From the NCBI GenBank assembly GCA_038522085.1, contig JBCBKJ010000008.1, positions 23,371 through 87,370 of the forward strand: a stretch of 64,000 nucleotides of DNA. The letters are read 5' to 3'. The notes under the pieces were generated by a model, which made no database searches, was not told where the DNA came from, and saw nothing but the letters and a program-made list of their open reading frames with translations. Source of the stretch: Chloroflexota bacterium (lineage in GTDB: Bacteria > Chloroflexota > Anaerolineae > Aggregatilineales > Phototrophicaceae). Below, one piece after another: positions 9,801-17,410 of this stretch (position 1 is its first letter; the number at the start of each line of letters is the position of its first letter). Both the position numbers and the translations under genes were made by a program.

Positions 9801-9993
9801 CTTACCAGCGATTCGCGTTACCGGACGCATCAATGCTTATTTTGATATTGATATGCCACTAAAAACCTTCTTCACCAATCCAACCATTGCCGGTCAAGCA
9901 GATGCTATTGAACGCATTGTAAAAACAGAAATTGACGCGCTCAGTGATGACGAGGTTTTTCGTTTGCTGGAGGCAATAGACTATGGCGGATAA
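6814..9993 (+). CDS. Non-ribosomal peptide synthetase module 1 (C-A-T)
   Basis: Condensation His motif HHIITDATAF (HHxxxD). A domain: LAYVIYTSGSTGNPKG, YKSGDLARW, GRADRQVKLRGYRIELGEIE. Thiolation: FFDIGGHSLPAIRV. No E, MT or TE domain seen. Confidence 0.95.
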   Translation: MTSSIPYDTSNLTNAQQLMWIGQQLQPDVPLYNMMQTFIIHGNIDVDVFTQAFETLVAQSENMRLSIEVINDIPIGRTDSTSKNVVAFYDFTQESDPQSHFDNWLDIRRGLRFDLSGQLYDCALIKLGDAHFVWYLAMHHIITDATAFKLIFEQVSDYYLRLKEGESLNLAGEALPQHADYKTYEQLVIESKSHAKARAYWQQQLAHEVEPIRFYAPQDATDKTASVRVNVPLADTTCEALVNYIENAPIRSFSKDLITANVFASLLFSYLYRISGHNNLRLGMPLANRSTPQFTQTIGAFIEVLSLTLDIADDDSFEDVLRKVNKVNLKTLQHLLPAVSSAEHTHAYDVVMNFIPLHFSDFAEMPTEVAWVHCGHGDANHKLNVQIYDMNNTGHYQFFFDFNTDIFNADDRARAMTHFEAVIEQCIASPQIPLSDIDLLTSAEKEAFLGAFNATDTPYQADATIVDLFEAQVAKTPTAITVVDSERQLTYAELNGKANALAHELQSVGIRTETFVPVCMHHSIDLVVALWGILKAGGVYVPLDPQYPTERMQYILDDIGDVPLIITDAELEEQFTDIGTKTRIVDADSVSLLDDFTHDVTPQSLAYVIYTSGSTGNPKGVLVEHDGLSNYVQWASKHYVPDTAATFALYSSLAFDLTVTSIYVPLVTGGSIRVYYDAENTGTVIRDIFIDAAVDVVKLTPSHLELVRDLDLSATRIKRLIVGGEDFKVSLARAIHDTSAGNIVLFNEYGPTEATVACMLHQFDAKGDTQESVPIGTPADNMRVYVLDKHLKPVPTGIVGEMYLSGVGVARAYLNRDVLSAERFLPDPFDSTRHMYKSGDLARWLPDGTLTFLGRADRQVKLRGYRIELGEIEGQLHSISGVESATVVVRTEQLIGYYVADEAITAEIVTSYLSERLPSYMIPTHVVRLDAMPLTINGKVDYDALPDIVSGNVDGHSAYVAPENDVQATVAHIWQTILQIEQIGIHSNFFDIGGHSLPAIRVTGRINAYFDIDMPLKTFFTNPTIAGQADAIERIVKTEIDALSDDEVFRLLEAIDYGG

Positions 9994-12900
9994 CACGCAG
10001 ACCATTACCATCGAGGAGGCACGGCGCAAACTACTTGAATATCGGTTACAGGGTAAATCTCTCAATCAAGCCTCTGCTCTCAAGGCAATTCCACCTGTAC
10101 CAGACGATGTAGACCCGCCAACTACCTACGGTCAGCAAGGGATGTGGCTGATACAGCAATCTCAGCCGGATGCTGTACCATACAATTCAGCGAACATTAT
10201 GCGCCTTGAAGGCATGCTGTATACAGATGTATTCAAGCGTGCTGTACAGATAGTCATTGAGCGCCACGCTGTCTTTCGGACGAATTTCGTGCTGGCAGGT
10301 GACGCGATTGTGCAAAGCGTCCGTGATAGTATCGAGGATATTGTTTCTGTAGAGACGATTACCCCCGCGCAACGTGACGATGCCATAGCACGGTATATCG
10401 ACACGCCGTTTGATTTGGCGAATGATGTGTTACTACGTGTCGGCATTTTACGAGAAAGCGAACAAGCCTATACGATTGTCATTTGTGCGCATCACATTAT
10501 TGTGGATAATTGGTCGCTGACTGTATTGTTATGGCAAGAGATTAGCGATAGCTACCAAACCTTGATAACCAACCAACCGATGGATTTGCCAACTATCGAA
10601 GCACAGTATGCTGATTATACCTATTGGCAACGACAAAAAGAATCTACAGAGGCATATCAGAAACAACTTGCGTACTGGCAAAATCAGCTTGCAGATGCCC
10701 CTCCTCTGTTGCAGTTACCCACAGATAGACCACGCCCAGCGAAACAACAATACGATGGCGAAGTCGTTTACATGTATTTGGATGAGGCACTATCTGCACA
10801 GATACACACACTAAGCCGTGATGCCAAAAGCACGCTGTTTGTCACTTTGCTGAGTGCGTACTATGTGTTGCTCAGTCGCTACACCGCACAAGATGATATT
10901 AGCGTGGGTACATCGGTAGATATGCGCACACATCCACAACTAGAGAATACGATTGGCTATTTCTTGAATACGGTGGTTCTGCGCGAAAATATAAAGCCTG
11001 AGCTATCTTTTGGTTCATTACTAACAAAAGTGCGCGATACAACACTGTCTGCCTTTGCGAATCAAAATGTGGAATTTGAGCAAGTCGTCGAAAAATTAGG
11101 TATCGGACGCAATAGTGGGTTCAATCCGCTATTTCAGACGATGTTTGTGATGTGGAACGAAACTTCCTCTGCGCCAAAGATACCGACCTTCACTATGACA
11201 CCCCAACAAGTACATCCTAGTGCATCGAAGTTTGATATATCTTTTTATGCACAGCCGGAGCGCGATGGGCGCATTTTGGTAGCCATTGAATATGCGACCC
11301 ACTTATTCGATAAGGCAACCATAAAACGCATGCAGGGGCATTATAAGACGATTTTGCGCTCTGTGGTCGCTGAACCAGAGACAGCTATTAAAGATATTCG
11401 CTTGTTGACACATGCAGAAAATCAACTGCTGTTAGAGACATGGACAGACACAGCCCAAGATTATCCACGCGAAAAACTTGTACATGACCTTATTGCTGAA
11501 AACCCAGCCGACGCTATCGCAGTATGGGACGAAAGCGGTCAATTGGCATACGGGGAGTTGAACGCACGCGCCAATCAGATTGCGCATCACTTAGTTACAT
11601 TGGGTATCACAGCTGGTACACCCATTGGCATTTGTCTCGAACGTAGCCATGAGATGCTAATTAGCATTGTAGCGATACTAAAAGCGGGGGGTGCCTATGT
11701 ACCCATTGACCCTTCTTATCCGCAGGAACGCATCGAAACCATTGTTGCAGATGCAGGTATCAACATCATTTTGACGCAATCGCACTTGGAAACAACATTG
11801 GCTGACCGCGCACAACATACTATCACGATTGATGATAGCGAGGCGTTCGCTGATTACCCGACAACGCTACCTGATACAGAGGCAACACCCGACACGCTAG
11901 CGTATATCATTTACACAAGTGGTTCGACAGGCAAGCCTAAAGGGGTACGCATCACACATCGTAACCTCGTGCATTCAACAACAGCGCGTGAAAGTGTGTA
12001 TCCACTTCAAGTAGAGCGATTTTTGTTGTTGTCGTCATTTGCCTTTGATAGTTCGCTGGTTGGCATCTTCTGGACATTATGCGGAGGTGGAACGCTCTGT
12101 TTGCCACCACAAGATGCTGAAAAAGATGTCACACGGATTGCCGAATTGATTGCACAGTACAGCATTACGCATTTGTTGGCATTGCCGTCTTTGTATCAAA
12201 TCTTGCTTGAATTTGCCGATGATAATCAACTCGCGTCGTTGAATACCGTTATGGTTGCTGGCGAAGCCTGCCCGATTGCACTGGTGCGGACACATTACGA
12301 GCTTTTGCCGGATGCCACGCTCTGGAACGAATATGGTCCGACAGAAGGCACAGTTTGGTCAAGTGTGTGGGAAGTGCCAGCCGACACCGACAAAATGCTT
12401 ATCGGAAAAGCCATTCCCAATATGCAAACCTATATTTTGGATAGCCAGCAAGTGCCTGTGCCTGTCGGGGTATATGGGGAGGTGTACATCGGCGGTGAAG
12501 GTATCGCACAGGGCTATCACGAGCGTCCCGATTTGACTGCCGAGCGTTTTATTGGCAATCCCTTTGGTACAGGACGTTTATATCGTACAGGGGATATTGC
12601 ACGGTATCTTACAGATGGCAATATTGAATTTGCTGGACGCGATGACAATCAGGTGAAAATTAGCGGATACCGTATTGAGCTAGGTGAAGTGGAGAATGCG
12701 TTCTCACGCTTAGATGCTGTTCAACATGTTGTGGTCGTCGTGCGTGAGATAGCAGGTCAAAAACGCTTGGTCGCCTTTGTATCGACGACAGAAACTGCAA
12801 CTAGTGATGATATTCGTCAGCAAGTGCGCCCGACCTTGCCTGCTTACATGATTCCCACACATATTGAAATTCTTGACGCCTTGCCACGTAATCCGAATGG

Positions 12901-14050
12901 TAAACTTGACCGCAAAGCATTAGAAACATATCCGATTGCACGTGCTGATAACGCACCTGTATCCGCAAAAGCAACCAACGATGTTGAAAAGCAACTACTG
13001 ACTATCTGGCAAGAATTGTTGGGAGCTACTGTGCCGAGTGTCGATGCTGATTTCTTTGAATTAGGGGGCTATTCCCTACTAGCAATTCGGATGTTTGCGC
13101 GCATCAAGCAAGCATTTGATGTGGAGTTACCCATTTCACTGATTATGGAATCACCTACTATTCGCGGTCTGGCAGAGACAATTGCACAAGATGGCATCGG
13201 CGAGAAAACACTTTTCACGCTGGTAGTTGAAGGCGATAAACCGCCGTTGTATTGCTTGCAAGTGAACAAATTTGGCTTGATTCATTACCAGACATTAGCA
13301 CAACAATTGAATGCGAATCGTCCCGTGATTGGCTTGGGTTTGCCAGATGCTCTCGATACGGCGGAAACAACTATCGAGGAAGTTGCCGAACATAATGCAA
13401 GAACGATACTTGCCCATCAAACCGAAGCGCCATTTTACATTGCTGGACTGTCTGTTGCTGGGCTGGTCGCTTATGAAACAGCACGCAAATTAAAGTCAGA
13501 CGGTCATGAGGTATATGTCATCTTATTTGACACACAAGGACCCGATTATCCAACACGCATTGCGCCAATGGATGCAATCAGGAAACGTGCTGGCATCATG
13601 TGGCATCAATTAACGACGTGGGATGGAACAGCACGCGATGAACTCATCGGCTATTGGCGCTGGCTATTGGCATATCGACTGGGGTATCAGGTACAGAAAC
13701 GCAGTAATTGGGTACGCGCAAAACTCGGTTTGCCTGTGGTGACATCAGATGACCAAGAATTTAGGAATGCCATTGATAGCGATGCTATCCAAGCACAGAT
13801 AGATGCCTATTTTGCAGGCAATCGCGCTGATGACATACCGATTTTGCTCTATCGCAGTCATTTGCAACCCATCACCAGCGAACCAGAGTGGGCGCTTGGC
13901 TGGGATAAATTTGTGCCAGAAAATCATATTGATGTGCATCATGTGGGGGCGCCACATACAGATTTACTGAAATCGCAGTATATCAATCAAATTGTGACGC
14001 ATTTGCGCGATTGGCTTACTGAGAAAGACAGCTCACACAAGCAAAAATAA
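9983..14050 (+). CDS. Non-ribosomal peptide synthetase module 2 with terminal thioesterase (C-A-T-TE)
   Basis: Start overlaps the module-1 stop. C: HHIIVDNWS. A: LAYIIYTSGSTGKPKG, YRTGDIARY, GRDDNQVKISGYRIELGEVE. T: FFELGGYSLLAIRM. C-terminal alpha/beta-hydrolase TE with GLSVAGLVAYETARKL (GxSxG). Confidence 0.95.
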   Translation: MADNTQTITIEEARRKLLEYRLQGKSLNQASALKAIPPVPDDVDPPTTYGQQGMWLIQQSQPDAVPYNSANIMRLEGMLYTDVFKRAVQIVIERHAVFRTNFVLAGDAIVQSVRDSIEDIVSVETITPAQRDDAIARYIDTPFDLANDVLLRVGILRESEQAYTIVICAHHIIVDNWSLTVLLWQEISDSYQTLITNQPMDLPTIEAQYADYTYWQRQKESTEAYQKQLAYWQNQLADAPPLLQLPTDRPRPAKQQYDGEVVYMYLDEALSAQIHTLSRDAKSTLFVTLLSAYYVLLSRYTAQDDISVGTSVDMRTHPQLENTIGYFLNTVVLRENIKPELSFGSLLTKVRDTTLSAFANQNVEFEQVVEKLGIGRNSGFNPLFQTMFVMWNETSSAPKIPTFTMTPQQVHPSASKFDISFYAQPERDGRILVAIEYATHLFDKATIKRMQGHYKTILRSVVAEPETAIKDIRLLTHAENQLLLETWTDTAQDYPREKLVHDLIAENPADAIAVWDESGQLAYGELNARANQIAHHLVTLGITAGTPIGICLERSHEMLISIVAILKAGGAYVPIDPSYPQERIETIVADAGINIILTQSHLETTLADRAQHTITIDDSEAFADYPTTLPDTEATPDTLAYIIYTSGSTGKPKGVRITHRNLVHSTTARESVYPLQVERFLLLSSFAFDSSLVGIFWTLCGGGTLCLPPQDAEKDVTRIAELIAQYSITHLLALPSLYQILLEFADDNQLASLNTVMVAGEACPIALVRTHYELLPDATLWNEYGPTEGTVWSSVWEVPADTDKMLIGKAIPNMQTYILDSQQVPVPVGVYGEVYIGGEGIAQGYHERPDLTAERFIGNPFGTGRLYRTGDIARYLTDGNIEFAGRDDNQVKISGYRIELGEVENAFSRLDAVQHVVVVVREIAGQKRLVAFVSTTETATSDDIRQQVRPTLPAYMIPTHIEILDALPRNPNGKLDRKALETYPIARADNAPVSAKATNDVEKQLLTIWQELLGATVPSVDADFFELGGYSLLAIRMFARIKQAFDVELPISLIMESPTIRGLAETIAQDGIGEKTLFTLVVEGDKPPLYCLQVNKFGLIHYQTLAQQLNANRPVIGLGLPDALDTAETTIEEVAEHNARTILAHQTEAPFYIAGLSVAGLVAYETARKLKSDGHEVYVILFDTQGPDYPTRIAPMDAIRKRAGIMWHQLTTWDGTARDELIGYWRWLLAYRLGYQVQKRSNWVRAKLGLPVVTSDDQEFRNAIDSDAIQAQIDAYFAGNRADDIPILLYRSHLQPITSEPEWALGWDKFVPENHIDVHHVGAPHTDLLKSQYINQIVTHLRDWLTEKDSSHKQK

Positions 14051-14797
14051 GCGCAATGGACGTTGTTTGCCATGATAGGCAATCGCACCCATAAATTGCT
14101 CGTTTATGTCGATATGATGCAAGTGCCATTTCAGCCTGTGCATATTGCTGAGACGCGGGTCAATGCGTGTGACGCGTGCTGGCTGGTATGATTTCAGCGT
14201 CACATCAAAAGCATCCAACGGGACACTTAATCCGCGTCCATCTGCTTTAATAAAAGACTCTTTTCGTGTCCAGCAGCGATAAAATGCACCGACTTGTTCA
14301 GCAGACGAGAGGCTAAAAAGTGCAGTCTGCTCTGCTGGTGAAAAATGATGTTTCGCAACTGTCATGAGGTCGGGCAGAGGCTTTATAGCTTCAATATCCA
14401 CACCTATATCTTGCTTACATATTGCAATTAAAACGCGTTCTTCTGAGTGCGATAAATTGAAGAAAATACGCTCTGTATCGAGATAAGGTTTATTATATTC
14501 ACTATACGAAAACGAAAGCATATTCGGTTCACGCTGGAGATAGTTACCAAGCAAGTATCGTAAAATACCCCTGCGGACAGTACCGCGTGCGCGTAGTTGG
14601 GGGGTGTAATAGCGTTGAACACGCTCTTTTTCTCCTACACTCAGCATAGGATACAAGCTATCAACAACACTTTTTGGCTGGTCGTGTGTAAATTGCCAGA
14701 TGTGAATGCTGTCATCAAGCGGCGGTCTGGTATGTACAGATTGCCAATATTCTGTATCAGTATCTGTAATGGGTTGCCATACAAGGGGCAATTGCAT
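14033..14797 (-). CDS. Sfp-type 4'-phosphopantetheinyl transferase
   Basis: PPTase motifs FNLSHSEERVLIAI...IGVDIEAI and WTRKESFIKADGRGL (W/KEA motif). ORF extends to 14950. The start is placed at the internal Met (MQLPLVWQ, 14797), which has an AGGTGA RBS and avoids overlapping the divergent lipoprotein gene. The 3' end overlaps the NRPS stop by 18 nt (convergent). Confidence 0.8.
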   Translation of the reverse strand: MQLPLVWQPITDTDTEYWQSVHTRPPLDDSIHIWQFTHDQPKSVVDSLYPMLSVGEKERVQRYYTPQLRARGTVRRGILRYLLGNYLQREPNMLSFSYSEYNKPYLDTERIFFNLSHSEERVLIAICKQDIGVDIEAIKPLPDLMTVAKHHFSPAEQTALFSLSSAEQVGAFYRCWTRKESFIKADGRGLSVPLDAFDVTLKSYQPARVTRIDPRLSNMHRLKWHLHHIDINEQFMGAIAYHGKQRPLRLFLLV

Positions 14798-14897
14798 CGT
14801 GTTATCACCTACTAAACGAAATGAGCTATCCACTTCATATGTTTTGTACATCATGTTAGCATATGCCAGCGCAAGTAAGATAAGGAGTATGTAATAC

Positions 14898-15560
14898 GTG
14901 CAACGCTGGATATGGATGTGCCTATTCATTTTATGTGCATGTGGTGGCACAGGCGAGGATATTATCGAAATTGATTATGAAGGCGACCTCGTTGCGTATG
15001 CAACAGAAGCATCGCAAATACGCGAGGATATTGTTATCAGCCGTACTGATATTGCGTCTACAGTGGAAGCGGGCAATGCTCAAACATCACAATTTGAGCG
15101 TTACAATGACTTGTTACGCAGTACGGTTGTTGTTGCTATTCCGCCAACATCCGATGCGCGTATTGTAGCGAATGATACGATTGGCGCGCTCCCCGTTGAA
15201 GTATATGATTTGTCTGATGGCGAGATGCGCTTTGTGCAGATTGGTCCGGCTGGAGAAATTAATGATGAAAATTGCTTCATCGCCAAACAACAGTTTTTCA
15301 GAACGGATTCAGTTGCTGTATTCATGACAGCAGTCGCGCTTAATTTGCGTGCAGGTACAACAGTTAGTGCTGAGTGGCGCTATGGTGGGGAGCTTGTATA
15401 TTCTAATTCATGGGTCGCACCACAATCCGTACCCTATCAGTGTGTTTCCTTAACAATGCGCCCATCTGATGCTGAGTTTGCGACAGGGAATTGGACGGTC
15501 ACGCTGTTTGTAAATGGCAACCCTGACGAACCCAAGTCCTTCACCATTTTCAGCAACTAG
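14898..15560 (+). CDS. Hypothetical lipoprotein
   Basis: 220 aa. N-terminal MQRWIWMCLFILCACGGTG, a lipobox-like L-C-A-C after a hydrophobic stretch. No recognisable catalytic motifs. Confidence 0.55.
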   Translation: MQRWIWMCLFILCACGGTGEDIIEIDYEGDLVAYATEASQIREDIVISRTDIASTVEAGNAQTSQFERYNDLLRSTVVVAIPPTSDARIVANDTIGALPVEVYDLSDGEMRFVQIGPAGEINDENCFIAKQQFFRTDSVAVFMTAVALNLRAGTTVSAEWRYGGELVYSNSWVAPQSVPYQCVSLTMRPSDAEFATGNWTVTLFVNGNPDEPKSFTIFSN

Positions 15561-15616
15561 CGGAGGTGAACAGTAGATGGAGATTTCGACATAGGCATGT
15601 TAGTATTGCGCGTTGA

Positions 15617-17317
15617 TTGAGGCTGTTAGAAAGCGAAATTGTGGGTAGATTGCTGCGGTATTTCATTTTATTAGTGCTATGTTGCGTGAGTGCGAGCATT
15701 AGCTTGGCGCAAGATGACGATACATCCTTACCCGATGAGGGGAATATCGTCGTGGTGACGAGTGCCTTCGTGCGCAGTGGTCCCGGTGATAATTTTGCAT
15801 CGGTAGGCGCTGTCTTTGAGGGTGATTTAGTCACACCATTAAATATCAGCAGTGATGGGTCTTGGGTACTCATTATCTACAGTCGGCGTACCGCATGGAT
15901 ACAACGCTCACTTGTCCGCTGGGAAAACAACGAACTCATTTCGCGCTTGCCTGTTTTGCCCGCTAATATCACCCCGACGCCCCGCTTTGCCATTACCAGC
16001 ACACCATTTGTACCGACACTAACCCCAGAGGGAAACTTTGTTGATGTACAGGGGGCAAGTAGTGTCTATGTACGTGGGGGTCCGGGACGTGGCTATTTGC
16101 GCCTAGGGCAATTGCTACCGGGTGATACTGTTGAACCTGTTTCACGCAATGAAGATACAACGTGGATTTTGATTCGCTTCACTAACGAGCCACTTACAGA
16201 TGCCTTCGGCTGGGTCGCTACCGACCTTATTTTCTGGGAAGATATTGAGGCACTAGCAGAATTGCCGATTATCGAGCTAGATAACCTCACACCAACGGCT
16301 GTCGTCAACACACCAACAACAACGCCACGCTTTCCTGATGCTGAGTCGATAGCATCGGCGGGTGATACTCAAGCAACAGCGCGTCCGACCAATACCCGAA
16401 CGGCACAAAATACTGACGCTCCGACGGCTATTGTCATCAATTCGCCAACAGCGACTGCGACCACTGAACCATCACCAACAGAGACAAATACGCTAACAGC
16501 AACCGTAACGGCTTCGTCAACACCAACAGCAACCTCTACAAATACAGCGACGGCAACCAATACAGCGACATCGACGGCGACGAGTTCAGCGACAGCTACA
16601 GTAGAAACTACAGAAGAAATCGAAGTTGTCGAAGCTGTTGGTATCGCCAGTAACACGCCTGTCCCAGTGACGAATACACCGACAGCAACACATACAGCAA
16701 CCAATACAGCAACAGTTACCCCAACGGCGACGCCTACAGCAACAGCTACCGTCACGCCCACAGATATTTTTGCTGTGCAAGGGACAACCATTGCGCTGGA
16801 AGCAACACAACTTGCTGATACGCCATCGTCTGATATACCCGATTTAGAAGCTATCGCCAATGAACCAGCTGAGATTGTGCGTCTGTTACAAGCTATTCCT
16901 ATCGAGGCGTTTGTCGGAGGCGGGTTGCTGATTGCAGTATTGATTTATATCTGGTTCTATTTCCAAGGCTTGGTCGCTGCTGGACGTTACAGCGACGGCT
17001 TCGTAATTGATACCTGTCCTGTTTGCCGACGAGGTGAACTCAGCGTGGAGAAACGTCCTCTGCGCATTATGGGGATTCCAGGGGTGCGTCATACTGTACG
17101 CTGTGATGAATGTCGCTCAATTTTGCGTGAGACAGGCACACGACGCTGGCGATATGCCGTAGACCGCTTAGAAGATTTACGCATGTACAATCAGTTCAAT
17201 GGGCGTGAAGTAACCGATAACGACCTCATCCGCCTAGATAAATCTCCCCTGACTAGCAGTAGTGGTCGCACTTCGCCAACATTTGTAGGAGTAGACGACA
17301 ACAGCGATGATAGTTAA
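15617..17317 (+). CDS. Single-pass membrane protein: signal peptide, 2x SH3b domains, Thr/Ala/Pro-rich linker, TM helix, C-terminal C4 zinc-ribbon domain
   Basis: 566 aa. Two SH3b-like segments (VVVTSAFVRSGPGDNFASVGAVFEGDLVTP...WVLI and VYVRGGPGRGYLRLGQLLPGDTVEPV...WILI). About 150-aa TATATNTAT low-complexity linker. TM (LLIAVLIYIWFYFQGLVAA). Then CPVCRRGEL...VRCDECRS. TTG start at 15617; an in-frame GTG at 15641 gives a cleaner signal peptide. Confidence 0.7.
   Translation: MRLLESEIVGRLLRYFILLVLCCVSASISLAQDDDTSLPDEGNIVVVTSAFVRSGPGDNFASVGAVFEGDLVTPLNISSDGSWVLIIYSRRTAWIQRSLVRWENNELISRLPVLPANITPTPRFAITSTPFVPTLTPEGNFVDVQGASSVYVRGGPGRGYLRLGQLLPGDTVEPVSRNEDTTWILIRFTNEPLTDAFGWVATDLIFWEDIEALAELPIIELDNLTPTAVVNTPTTTPRFPDAESIASAGDTQATARPTNTRTAQNTDAPTAIVINSPTATATTEPSPTETNTLTATVTASSTPTATSTNTATATNTATSTATSSATATVETTEEIEVVEAVGIASNTPVPVTNTPTATHTATNTATVTPTATPTATATVTPTDIFAVQGTTIALEATQLADTPSSDIPDLEAIANEPAEIVRLLQAIPIEAFVGGGLLIAVLIYIWFYFQGLVAAGRYSDGFVIDTCPVCRRGELSVEKRPLRIMGIPGVRHTVRCDECRSILRETGTRRWRYAVDRLEDLRMYNQFNGREVTDNDLIRLDKSPLTSSSGRTSPTFVGVDDNSDDS
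16380..16790. repeat. Low-complexity Thr/Ala/Pro-coding imperfect repeats (ACN/GCN-rich) within the SH3b membrane protein gene
   Basis: Reiterated acagcgacg/acagcaacc-type triplet patterns encoding TATATNTAT...; produces spurious antisense ORFs (e.g. 16369..16860). Confidence 0.6.
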
Positions 17318-17324
17318 AGCAAAC

Positions 17325-17359
17325 AGTGGAATAAGCGTGTATGCTCATTCCACTTTTTA
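17325..17359 (+). terminator. Rho-independent terminator-like hairpin
   Basis: agtggaat-(14 nt)-attccact stem followed by TTTTT, directly after the stop of the 15617..17317 gene and in a convergent gap. Confidence 0.5.
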
Positions 17360-17410
17360 CTTATGGGGCGCAGACACAGCTACGACCCTAGGATGCCTCT
17401 TAGCAGGCGA

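Noticed and set aside
9983-9993. Overlap of the NRPS module-1 stop with the module-2 start, considered as a possible frameshift or sequencing artefact of one giant gene
   Set aside because: The overlap (ATGGCGGATAA) is a normal translational-coupling arrangement, and each ORF is a complete module beginning with a C domain.
16369-16860. 163-aa minus-strand ORF (Val/Ala/Gly-rich) and a nested 74-aa Cys-rich ORF inside the SH3b membrane protein gene
   Set aside because: They lie antisense to the Thr/Ala/Pro low-complexity linker of a well-supported plus-strand gene. Their composition is an artefact of the ACN/GCN repeats read backwards, and they have no start context or domain.
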